From: Gallionellaceae bacterium
GTDB lineage: Bacteria; Pseudomonadota; Gammaproteobacteria; Burkholderiales; Gallionellaceae
Direction of reading: 5' to 3'
DNA: 64,000 bases
Assembly: GCA_009773615.1 (NCBI GenBank)
Contig: WSYA01000001.1
Span: 26,536 to 90,535 of the forward strand
This document shows, piece by piece, positions 35,134 through 42,067 of the stretch. Position 1 is the stretch's first letter, and each line of letters starts with the position of its first letter. Made by a program: the position numbers and the translations under genes. The notes under the pieces were generated by a model. The model was not told the DNA's origin. It did no database searches and saw only the letters and a list, made by a program, of their open reading frames with translations.

Positions 35134-36000
35134 ATGGATAAACTCGATCACTTTCTCACTCGCGCCGAAGGCCTGCTCGCCCGTCTGGAAAACATCTTGC
35201 CCGGCGCTCAGCCGCAGGCTCCCGATTGGCAAGCCGCTGCCGCCTTCCGCTGGGATCACCAGCTGCGCACCCTGCATCCCGTACCCAACTTCCAGCGCAT
35301 CGCGCTCGCCGACCTGCTCGGCATTGACGACCAGAAGCAGCGCATCCAGCAGAACACCCTGCAATTCGTGTGCGGCGGTACCGCGAACAACGTGTTGCTC
35401 TCCGGCGCACGCGGCACGGGCAAGTCGTCGTTGGTCAAAGCCCTGTTGAACGAACATGCCGCGCAAGGCCTGCGCGTGATCCAGATCGACAAGCAGGGCC
35501 TGATCGACCTGTCGCACATCGTCGGCCTCGTGCAAGGTCGCGCCGAGCGTTTCATCCTGTATTGCGACGACCTCTCCTTCAACGATGCAGATCCCGGTTA
35601 TCAATCTCTCAAAGCCGCGCTGGATGGTGATCTGGTGGCGTTCTCCGACAACCTGCTGATCTACGCGACATCGAATCGCCGCCATTTGATGCCGGACTAC
35701 ATGCAGGACAACCTCGCCACCAAGCACGTTGGCGACGAAGTGCATCCGGCGGAAAGCGTGGAAGAAAAGGTGTCGCTGTCCGAGCGCTTCGGGCTGTGGA
35801 TTTCGTTTTATCCGTTTGCACAGGATGAGTATCTCGCGGTGGCGGGGCATTGGCTGGCGCATCACGGGTGGGGGCAGGGTATGACGGATGAAGTGCGCAC
35901 GGCGGCGTTGCAGTGGTCGTTGATGCGGGGTTCGCGCAGCGGGAGAGTGGCGGGGCAGTTTGCGAAGGATTGGTGCGGACGCTCGTCATTCCGGGCTTGA
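35134..36000 (+). CDS. DUF815-type P-loop ATPase
   Basis: MDKLDHFL... start at 35134, after the repeat. Walker A is LLSGARGTGKSSLVKAL. The ORF-track extension to 34696 overlaps argJ and the repeat. Confidence 0.75.
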   Translation: MDKLDHFLTRAEGLLARLENILPGAQPQAPDWQAAAAFRWDHQLRTLHPVPNFQRIALADLLGIDDQKQRIQQNTLQFVCGGTANNVLLSGARGTGKSSLVKALLNEHAAQGLRVIQIDKQGLIDLSHIVGLVQGRAERFILYCDDLSFNDADPGYQSLKAALDGDLVAFSDNLLIYATSNRRHLMPDYMQDNLATKHVGDEVHPAESVEEKVSLSERFGLWISFYPFAQDEYLAVAGHWLAHHGWGQGMTDEVRTAALQWSLMRGSRSGRVAGQFAKDWCGRSSFRA

Positions 36001-36008
36001 CCCGGAAT
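35988..36008. repeat. REP-like hairpin ATTCCGGG-CTTGA-CCCGGAAT overlapping the stop codon of the DUF815 gene
   Basis: Perfect 8-bp stem. The TGA at 35998-36000 lies in the loop. Confidence 0.7.
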
Positions 36009-36101
36009 CCAGTTAAATACAAAAGGCAGTAGCTCGTGAACACTCCTTTTAGACATCTCAAATGAGATACTGTGGGCCGATTTTCTGAATGGAAAATAGT
36101 G

Positions 36102-36329
36102 ATGACTACCTCAACAATGATTCATGTGCGCGTTGATAATGAAGTTAACACGCAAGCAGCGGAAGTACTAGAAGCGATAGGTCTATCAGTTTCGGATGCG
36201 GTAAGGCTTTTTCTGAAACGCGTGGTGGCAGAGCAGGGTTTGCCCATCGAGCTCAAAGTGCCGAACGTTGAAACTCGTGCCGCAATGGAAGAGTCGCGTG
36301 CCATGATTCGCGCGCGCCGCGCCCGCTAA
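36102..36329 (+). CDS. RelB/DinJ-family antitoxin-like protein, no adjacent toxin, possibly 3'-truncated
   Basis: MTTSTMIHVRVDNEVNTQAAEVLEAIGLSVSDAVRLFLKRVVAEQGLPIELKVPN is the DinJ/RelB ribbon-helix-helix pattern. The stop codon TAA (36327-36329) is the first three bases of the flanking inverted repeat. Confidence 0.7.
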   Translation: MTTSTMIHVRVDNEVNTQAAEVLEAIGLSVSDAVRLFLKRVVAEQGLPIELKVPNVETRAAMEESRAMIRARRAR

Positions 36330-36659
36330 ACCGTTCGTCCTGACTAGACGTAGCCGTATAGAAGGATGGGCGAAGCCCGCTGGTTTGTTTATTCAAAGTC
36401 AACATCGTCGGGGGTAGCCCGACAGCTAGTCACTTTCTTTTGCTTCGCCAAAAAGAAAGTAACCCAAGAAAAGGCGACCCCGGTTTGCCGCCCCTTCGGG
36501 GTTCCCTCGATCATTCGCAAACAAGCGGGGCTGCGGAACTCGCGCTACGCGCTCAGACAGTCCTCGCCTAAACCTCCGCTTGTTTGCGAATGATCGAGGC
36601 GGCGCACAGGGGAGGGAAAATCAAATTCAAAATCTAAGAGTGGGCACTTTGTGCCCACT
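36327..36659 (+). repeat. Structured repeat unit, left copy (IR-L, 333 bp)
   Basis: It shares long identical blocks with the reverse complement of 37889..38263, for example CGTCGGGGGTAGCCCGACAGCTAGTCACTTTCTTTTGCTTCGCCAAAAAGAAAGTAACC. It contains at least five hairpins. Confidence 0.85.
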
Positions 36660-36746
36660 TGACTAAGCGTGATGCGCGTAGTCAAAACAACTCTATTCCG
36701 GTACATTCTATTCTTCTTGCCCAACTTAACTTAGCCAATATTGATT

Positions 36747-37880
36747 ATGTATAACTTCGACTACATTACATCAAAAGAATTTCGAAACTCATTAGAGGCT
36801 GACTATACCGAAATGCATAGCTGTGCCGATGTGAAGGCTTGGAAAAGCGTGCAGGTGCTAGCAGGTAGCATCATTGAAACTTTGCTAATTGACTATTTGT
36901 CCGCAACGAAAAATACTGAAAGGCCATCCAAGGATCCCCTAAAGTTAGATTTGGCAGAAGCTATTTCAATATGCAGAAAAGAGAAGGTTTTGTCTGATAG
37001 AACGGCTGATTTATGTAGCGTTATTAAATCCTATCGGAATTTGATTCATCCTGGTCGTATGCTGCGCCTAGGTGAACAAGCACCAGATCAAGGAAGTGCA
37101 ACAATTGCAACTGCCTTAATTGAAATGATCACAAATGAGCTTGCTGAAACTATGCGTGCATCGGTCGGCCTCACTGCTGAGCAGATACTTTCAAAAATTC
37201 AGCGCGACGCAAATTCATTGAATATTTTGAAACATCTATTGGTAGAGGTTTCGGAGCATGAAAAAATACGTCTGTTACTGGAGTTAATACCATCTGCTCA
37301 TCAAGAGGTTATTGAAGATGATTCAATAGTTGAATTTGATGAGTTTGTTAAACGAAAAAAGCACCTTGAGTTGGCTTACCAAGTCATCCTTGATTCAGTA
37401 AGCGATGAAGCTAGGAAACGCATAGCATCAGAATATGTTCGTGTACTTAGAGAAGAGGATGGGCAAACGGTGCAGCGCTATGGAAAGGCATTTTTTAAGC
37501 CACGTGATATGAAATTCTTATCTGGATCATCTAAATTGATGGTGAGCGAGCATTTGCTTGGAAATATGCCTCCGGTTTTTAATTCGGAGTCCTCTTTTAA
37601 TGTAGCTACAGGTCTTGCTGGTTATCTTGATTCATCGTTAATTTCAAAATGGCTAGACCCGTTTGTACGCACACTTGTTTCCTCGCTTGATGATTCTATT
37701 AAGACAAGATGTCGAGCTACGTTAATTATGGAAACGTGGTTAATAGGCAATGAAAATTTACAAGCATTATTGAAGCGATTGGACACATATATCAGCATCT
37801 ATAAATCAAATAATGACTCTGTTAAAAGTGAATTGATCCAGTCAATAAGAAATGAAATTGAAATAGATAACACAATTTAG
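36747..37880 (+). CDS. Hypothetical protein, 377 aa, AT-rich; N-terminal HEPN-like helical domain (tentative) and C-terminal helical-repeat region
   Basis: Long intact ORF (TTG at 36741, first ATG at 36747) in a region where spot-counted lines are 25-45% GC against about 63% in the flanks. The motif SVIKSYRNLIHPGRMLR resembles the HEPN R-x(4-6)-H motif but is one residue short. No obvious Shine-Dalgarno. Confidence 0.7.
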   Translation: MYNFDYITSKEFRNSLEADYTEMHSCADVKAWKSVQVLAGSIIETLLIDYLSATKNTERPSKDPLKLDLAEAISICRKEKVLSDRTADLCSVIKSYRNLIHPGRMLRLGEQAPDQGSATIATALIEMITNELAETMRASVGLTAEQILSKIQRDANSLNILKHLLVEVSEHEKIRLLLELIPSAHQEVIEDDSIVEFDEFVKRKKHLELAYQVILDSVSDEARKRIASEYVRVLREEDGQTVQRYGKAFFKPRDMKFLSGSSKLMVSEHLLGNMPPVFNSESSFNVATGLAGYLDSSLISKWLDPFVRTLVSSLDDSIKTRCRATLIMETWLIGNENLQALLKRLDTYISIYKSNNDSVKSELIQSIRNEIEIDNTI

Positions 37881-37888
37881 CAAAGAAT

Positions 37889-37926
37889 GATGGGCACGAA
37901 GTGCCCATCGTGTGGTTTTGGGTTTT
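37889..37926 (+). terminator. Intrinsic terminator 9 nt after the orphan ORF (also the inner hairpin of IR-R)
   Basis: GATGGGCAC-GAA-GTGCCCATC followed by GTGTGGTTTTGGGTTTTG. Confidence 0.65.
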
Positions 37927-38263
37927 GACTCTCTATCCCCTGTGCGCCGCCGAGTAGCGCAGGCTGGTCAGGGGATTTCGGCGAGGACTGTCTGAGCGCG
38001 AAGCGCGAGTTCCGCAGCCGCCTGACCAGTCGAGCAACGCAGGGAACCCACGAAGTGGGCGGTAAACCGGGGTCGCCTTTTCTTTGGTTACTTTCTTTTT
38101 GGCGAAGCAAAAGAAAGTGACTAGCTGTCGGGCTACCCCCGACGGTTTTGCATTTGATTTAAATTGTTGGGTTACGCTGCGCTAACCCAACCTACAAAAC
38201 CGGCGGGCTTCGCCCATCCTTCGATACACCGCGCTATGCGCGGCACTCAGGACGAACGGTTTA
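37889..38263 (-). repeat. Structured repeat unit, right copy (IR-R, 375 bp, inverted)
   Basis: Its reverse complement aligns module by module with IR-L. It carries an extra hairpin TTGGGTTACGCTGCGCTAACCCAA (38167-38190). Confidence 0.85.
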
Positions 38264-38264
38264 C

Positions 38265-39269
38265 GTGAAATTAAAAATTAGAGATGCCGCTTTGAATACA
38301 CAAACCGAAAAGATAGTAGAAGTCTCCGCTGCCGTTCTGCAACGCCCCGACGGCTCCTTCCTCCTCGCGCAACGTCCCGCCGATAAAATCTGGGCCGGCT
38401 ATTGGGAATTCCCCGGCGGCAAAATCGAGCCGGGCGAAACAGCGCATCACGCTTTGGTGCGCGAACTGCGCGAAGAGTTGGGCATCGAAGTGCAAACTGC
38501 CTATCCGTGGCTTACGCGAGTGTTCACTTATCCGCATGCCACGGTGCGTCTGAGTTTCTTTCGCGTGACAGAGTGGAGCGGGGAGATGCATCCGCATGAA
38601 GGGCAGGAGTTTGCTTGGCAAGAGCCCCTCTCCCTAACCCTCACTCAGGGAGAGGAGAGAGGACGGTTATCGGTTGATCCTATCCTCCCCGCCAACGCCC
38701 CCATCCTGCGCGCGCTGGAATTGTCCTCCTTATATGCCATCAGCAATGCCGCCGAGCTGGGCGTGGAGCCGTTTCTGGAAAGGCTGAAAGCCAAGCTGGA
38801 TATGGGTTTGCGGCTGGTGCAGTTGCGCGAAAAGAATCTCTCCCGCGACGAGTTGCGCGCGCTGGCGCGTCGCGTCGTGGCATTGGCTCATGCACGCGGT
38901 GCGAAGGTGCTGCTCAACGGCGATGTGGCGCTGGCGCAGGAGGTGGGTGCGGATGGCGTGCAGCTGACCGCCACGCAGCTTGCGGAGCTAACTGAACGCC
39001 CCGTTCTGGATTGGTGTGCGGCGTCCTGCCACAACGCGGAGGAGTTGCGCCGTGCGGAAGTATTGGGTTGCGATTTCGCGCTGTTGAGTCCTGTGTTGCC
39101 GACTAAATCACATCCGGGTGCACCGCATCTGGGCTGGGATAACTTCGCCTCGATTGCGGCGGGTTCGTCTATTCCGGTGTATGCGCTGGGCGGTTTGACT
39201 AGCGACGATATGCAAAGCGCATGGCAGCGCGGCGCACACGGTATCGCCTTATTGCGTCAGGCTTGGTGA
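38265..39269 (+). CDS. NUDIX (MutT-like) hydrolase fused to a ThiE/TENI-like domain
   Basis: 334 aa. The Nudix box is [24 protein letters not shown]. The C-terminal half (LVQLREK...GADGVQL...YALGG) resembles a thiamine-phosphate synthase fold. The GTG start lies 2 nt after IR-R; a TTG at about 38292 is an alternative. Confidence 0.8.
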   Translation: MKLKIRDAALNTQTEKIVEVSAAVLQRPDGSFLLAQRPADKIWAGYWEFPGGKIEPGETAHHALVRELREELGIEVQTAYPWLTRVFTYPHATVRLSFFRVTEWSGEMHPHEGQEFAWQEPLSLTLTQGEERGRLSVDPILPANAPILRALELSSLYAISNAAELGVEPFLERLKAKLDMGLRLVQLREKNLSRDELRALARRVVALAHARGAKVLLNGDVALAQEVGADGVQLTATQLAELTERPVLDWCAASCHNAEELRRAEVLGCDFALLSPVLPTKSHPGAPHLGWDNFASIAAGSSIPVYALGGLTSDDMQSAWQRGAHGIALLRQAW

Positions 39270-39448
39270 TCTGTTTCCGGTAGTTCTTTTTCGCGCACTT
39301 CGACGCGATATTCCTCGTTTGCCCACTTGCCCAGATCGATCATTTTGCAGCGCTCGCTGCAAAATGGGCGGTAGCGGCTGGAGGCGTCCCAGACGTGTTC
39401 TTTGCCGCATTGCGGGCAGGCAACGATGAGTGGTTTTTGTGTAGACAT
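39257..39448 (-). CDS. yacG: DNA gyrase inhibitor YacG (zinc ribbon)
   Basis: [47 protein letters not shown]. The internal ATG of ORF 39257..39574 overlaps the zapD stop (TAATG). Confidence 0.88.
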   Translation of the reverse strand: MSTQKPLIVACPQCGKEHVWDASSRYRPFCSERCKMIDLGKWANEEYRVEVREKELPETDHQA

Positions 39449-40203
39449 TACAGGGAGCAGAAGGTCAGGTCGAAAGGAACATCCTGATCGTAGGGGGTGG
39501 TCTTGGCGGCGTAGTTGGCCGTGACGAAACGAATGTTCAATGCATATTTGTTGGCGCTGACTTCGGGGATGCACGGCAATGCTTGCTCAAGGTGAATGCG
39601 CAACATCTGTGCGACCTTGCCACCCTGCATCTGCTGGAAATTGCCCTGGATGGCGGTGAAGTGATGCACTTTGTCGCTCTCGCGCAGCAGCTTGAGAATG
39701 ATGGTCAGGCTTTCGCGCAGCGGCAGCATGGGGTTGAGCCAGGACAGCAAATGCTCGCGCCGGGTTTCGACACTCTGGTGCTGCCAGTAATGGTAGGAGG
39801 GCAGGTCGAATTCGCATACGCCGCCGGGAATGCAGGCGCGCTGCTTGATGCCCATCAGCCATTCGTTGTCGCGCAGGTGCTGGCCGATTTTCCCGTTCAT
39901 CGCCAGCAAATCCATGCTGGCATTTTCTATTTCGTTCAGGATGGCTTCCAGTGCGGCTTCGGAAATTGCCGGGTTGCTGTGCAGTGCGGAAAGAATTTTT
40001 TTCTGGCGTTCGAGTTCTTGCAGCAGATCGGACTTGAGGTCGGCGCGTGCCGCCACTTCGAGGATTTCAAACAGGACGCCGAGCGCGGCGTGGTGGTCGA
40101 TGCTGTCGTTGCGCACGATAAATAATTCTACCCGATAGAAGAGATCCTCCAGGCGCAACATGGTGCGCACACGTTCATTCAGAGGAAACTCGTAGTCAAT
40201 CAT
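39448..40203 (-). CDS. zapD: Cell division protein ZapD
   Basis: 251 aa. [22 protein letters not shown] is a typical ZapD N-terminus. Conserved coaE-zapD-yacG order. Confidence 0.85.
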   Translation of the reverse strand: MIDYEFPLNERVRTMLRLEDLFYRVELFIVRNDSIDHHAALGVLFEILEVAARADLKSDLLQELERQKKILSALHSNPAISEAALEAILNEIENASMDLLAMNGKIGQHLRDNEWLMGIKQRACIPGGVCEFDLPSYHYWQHQSVETRREHLLSWLNPMLPLRESLTIILKLLRESDKVHHFTAIQGNFQQMQGGKVAQMLRIHLEQALPCIPEVSANKYALNIRFVTANYAAKTTPYDQDVPFDLTFCSL

Positions 40204-40265
40204 CGTGGAGAATCTAGATGCCGGTTAGGATTGGTTCGGAACGATATATAAAGCGCCGCATGTCG

Positions 40266-40898
40266 TCAATCGCTTCCCGCTGTTATCGTCAAATAGCGCT
40301 TATGCAGCTGTGCGACCTGCTCCGTTAGCGCAGACAGATCCGCGTCGTTATGGATGACGTCGTCGGCCAGTTGCAGACGTTGCGGGCGGGGCGTTTGTTG
40401 CGCCATGATGGCTTGCACCTCGGGCTTGGAAAGCCCGCTGCGCTGCATGGTGCGGGCTATCTGGGTGTCTTCGGGGCAGTCGACTGCGAGTGTGAGTTGC
40501 AGCCAGTCTCGATAACCGCTGATTTGGAACAGCAAGGGAATGACCGCAACGGTGTAAGGCGCAGCGGTGGGGTTGGCGGCTAGGCGCTTTACCTGTTCGA
40601 GGATGGCCGGATGCAGGATGGCCTCCAGCCGTGCTTTTTCCGCCGGGTTGGAAAACACCCGTGCGCGCATCTTGCTCCGGTCGAGCGCGCCTGAGGCATC
40701 GATATATTCCGCGCCAAACGCCGCGCGAATCGCCGCAATGGCCGCGCCGCCGGATTGGGTGAGGTTGCGCGATAGTTCATCGGTGTCGATGATGCGCACG
40801 CCCAGCTGTGCAAACAAGGCGGCAACCGTGCTTTTGCCGCTGCCGATGCCGCCGGTCAGCCCGATCAACAGGTGTGTGCGTGCGGCATCTGTGCTCAT
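40266..40898 (-). CDS. coaE: Dephospho-CoA kinase
   Basis: LIGLTGGIGSGKSTVA P-loop. The ATG at 40898 overlaps the pilD stop (ATGA). The upstream ORF extension is inside pilD. Confidence 0.9.
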   Translation of the reverse strand: MSTDAARTHLLIGLTGGIGSGKSTVAALFAQLGVRIIDTDELSRNLTQSGGAAIAAIRAAFGAEYIDASGALDRSKMRARVFSNPAEKARLEAILHPAILEQVKRLAANPTAAPYTVAVIPLLFQISGYRDWLQLTLAVDCPEDTQIARTMQRSGLSKPEVQAIMAQQTPRPQRLQLADDVIHNDADLSALTEQVAQLHKRYLTITAGSD

Positions 40899-41764
40899 GG
40901 TGCCGCGATGAATTGCAGATAACTCTGCGTCAACGGCGCGCCCCAGAACATGGCGATCAAGCCGCCGCCCGCGAGGTAGGGGCCGAACGGGATGGGCACG
41001 TTGCGCCCGTGTTTGACTGCAACGATCAGTGTGATGCCGACCACGGCGCCGACCACCGACGACAGCAAAATGACCAGCGGCAGCATCTGCCAGCCCAGCC
41101 ATGCGCCAATGGCCGCGAGCAATTTGAAATCGCCATAGCCCATGCCTTCTTTGCCCGTGGTGAGTTTGAACATCCAATACACCGACCACAGTGTCAGATA
41201 ACCCGCGACAGCGCCGACTAGCGCATTGGGCAACGAGGTGAATACGCCGTTGAGGTTGAGCAGTAACCCCAGCCAAAGCAGCGGTAGGGTGATGTCGTCG
41301 GGCAACAGCTGTGTGTCGAGATCAATGCAGGTGAGCGCGATGAGCGCCCAGACGAAAATGATCGCGCCGACTCCGGCCAGACCGAAGCCGAAATGCCATG
41401 CGGCGTAGGCGCTGAACAGGCCGCTGAGGGCTTCCACGATAGGGTAACGCATGGAGATGGGGGTCTGACAGGCTTTGCATTTGCCGCGTAAAAGCAGGTA
41501 GCTGATGACCGGGATATTTTCCAGCGCACCGATCTTGTGGCCGCATTGCGGGCAAGCCGAACGCGGTGTTGAAAGATTATAGGCGGCCTCTTCCTTCGCT
41601 TCCGTGCCCGACAGTTCGGCGCACTGCGCGCGCCAATCGCGCTCCATCATTTTGGGCAGGCGGTGGATGACGACATTCAGGAAGCTACCGACCAGCAGGC
41701 CGATGATGCCGACCATAGCGATGAACAGGGGAGGGTAGGTTTGCAGGACTTGAAGGAAGGTCAT
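40895..41764 (-). CDS. pilD: Prepilin peptidase / N-methyltransferase (A24 family)
   Basis: 289 aa. GSFLNVVIHRLP, CPQCGHKI...CKAC zinc cluster, GMGYGDFKLLAAIGAWLG. Confidence 0.92.
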   Translation of the reverse strand: MTFLQVLQTYPPLFIAMVGIIGLLVGSFLNVVIHRLPKMMERDWRAQCAELSGTEAKEEAAYNLSTPRSACPQCGHKIGALENIPVISYLLLRGKCKACQTPISMRYPIVEALSGLFSAYAAWHFGFGLAGVGAIIFVWALIALTCIDLDTQLLPDDITLPLLWLGLLLNLNGVFTSLPNALVGAVAGYLTLWSVYWMFKLTTGKEGMGYGDFKLLAAIGAWLGWQMLPLVILLSSVVGAVVGITLIVAVKHGRNVPIPFGPYLAGGGLIAMFWGAPLTQSYLQFIAAP

Positions 41765-41785
41765 TGCGGTATCAGTTTGGTTTGT

Positions 41786-41813
41786 AAAAAAGGCGCACCC
41801 AACTTGGCGCGCC
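41786..41813 (-). terminator. Intrinsic terminator-like hairpin 22 nt upstream of the pilD start codon
   Basis: The minus strand reads GGCGCGCC-AAGTTG-GGTGCGCC (8-bp stem with one G-U) followed by TTTTTT. Confidence 0.6.
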
Positions 41814-42067
41814 TGTGGCTCTATTTAAAAGCTAGTGAAAAACGTCGCGAGCAATGGTAGAACAAGGCGCGAAAGGGCGAAAAAGTGCCGCACTGACACG
41901 GTGGGGTGTAACCCTCTGGTGTGGGAAGTGCGTCCTGCATCCGCTCCCGCAAACGGCTGGCTTCACCAGTAACGTGTCGCGGATGCGATTTACATTTGAG
42001 TCTGCTACTTCGCGACCTCGCATTATTGAGTCCTTGAGCAACGCAGTTATATCGAGCGCAGCAGTTT

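Larger units (their letters stand above)
36327..38263. mobile_element. Putative non-autonomous cassette: two inverted structured repeat units flanking one low-GC ORF, with no transposase or integrase
   Basis: Identical 17-nt outer termini TAAACCGTTCGTCCTGA at 36327-36343 and, inverted, at 38247-38263. The interior ORF is AT-rich relative to both flanks. Confidence 0.45.

Noticed and set aside
34696-36000. The 434-aa ORF-track model for the DUF815 gene, and likewise 19609-21264 for murG, 21374 for murC, 40266-41276 for coaE and 52742 for livF.
   Set aside because: The N-terminal extensions overlap the preceding gene or run through palindromic repeats, and their composition is not protein-like. 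Internal starts that give ATGA/TAATG coupling or canonical N-termini were used.
36366-36593. A 75-aa ORF inside IR-L, and the mirrored 77-aa ORF at 37877-38110 inside IR-R. They share the peptide LRNSR(Y/F)ALRQSSPK.
   Set aside because: The shared peptide only reflects the conserved 40-nt core. The surrounding sequence differs by compensatory stem changes and indels that do not preserve a protein, so these are read as structured repeats, not genes.
36327-38263. Integron gene cassette (attC), REPtron (RAYT flanked by REPs) or type III toxin-antitoxin interpretations of the cassette.
   Set aside because: There is no intI, and two long inverted units are present where an integron cassette would have one 3' attC. 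The ORF shows no HUH/Tyr transposase motifs. There are no tandem direct repeats upstream of the ORF as in ToxI/CptI-type antitoxin RNAs. None of these can be fully excluded without searches, so the element is reported as unclassified.
41832-42041. 69-aa ORF in the pilC-pilD spacer, and a possible c-di-GMP riboswitch there.
   Set aside because: The peptide has no pilin leader or other motif, and its codon usage looks random. I could not find the conserved GEMM-I/II sequence blocks (for example GGCAAAC...GACGCAAAGC). The spacer stays unexplained and is reported only as such.
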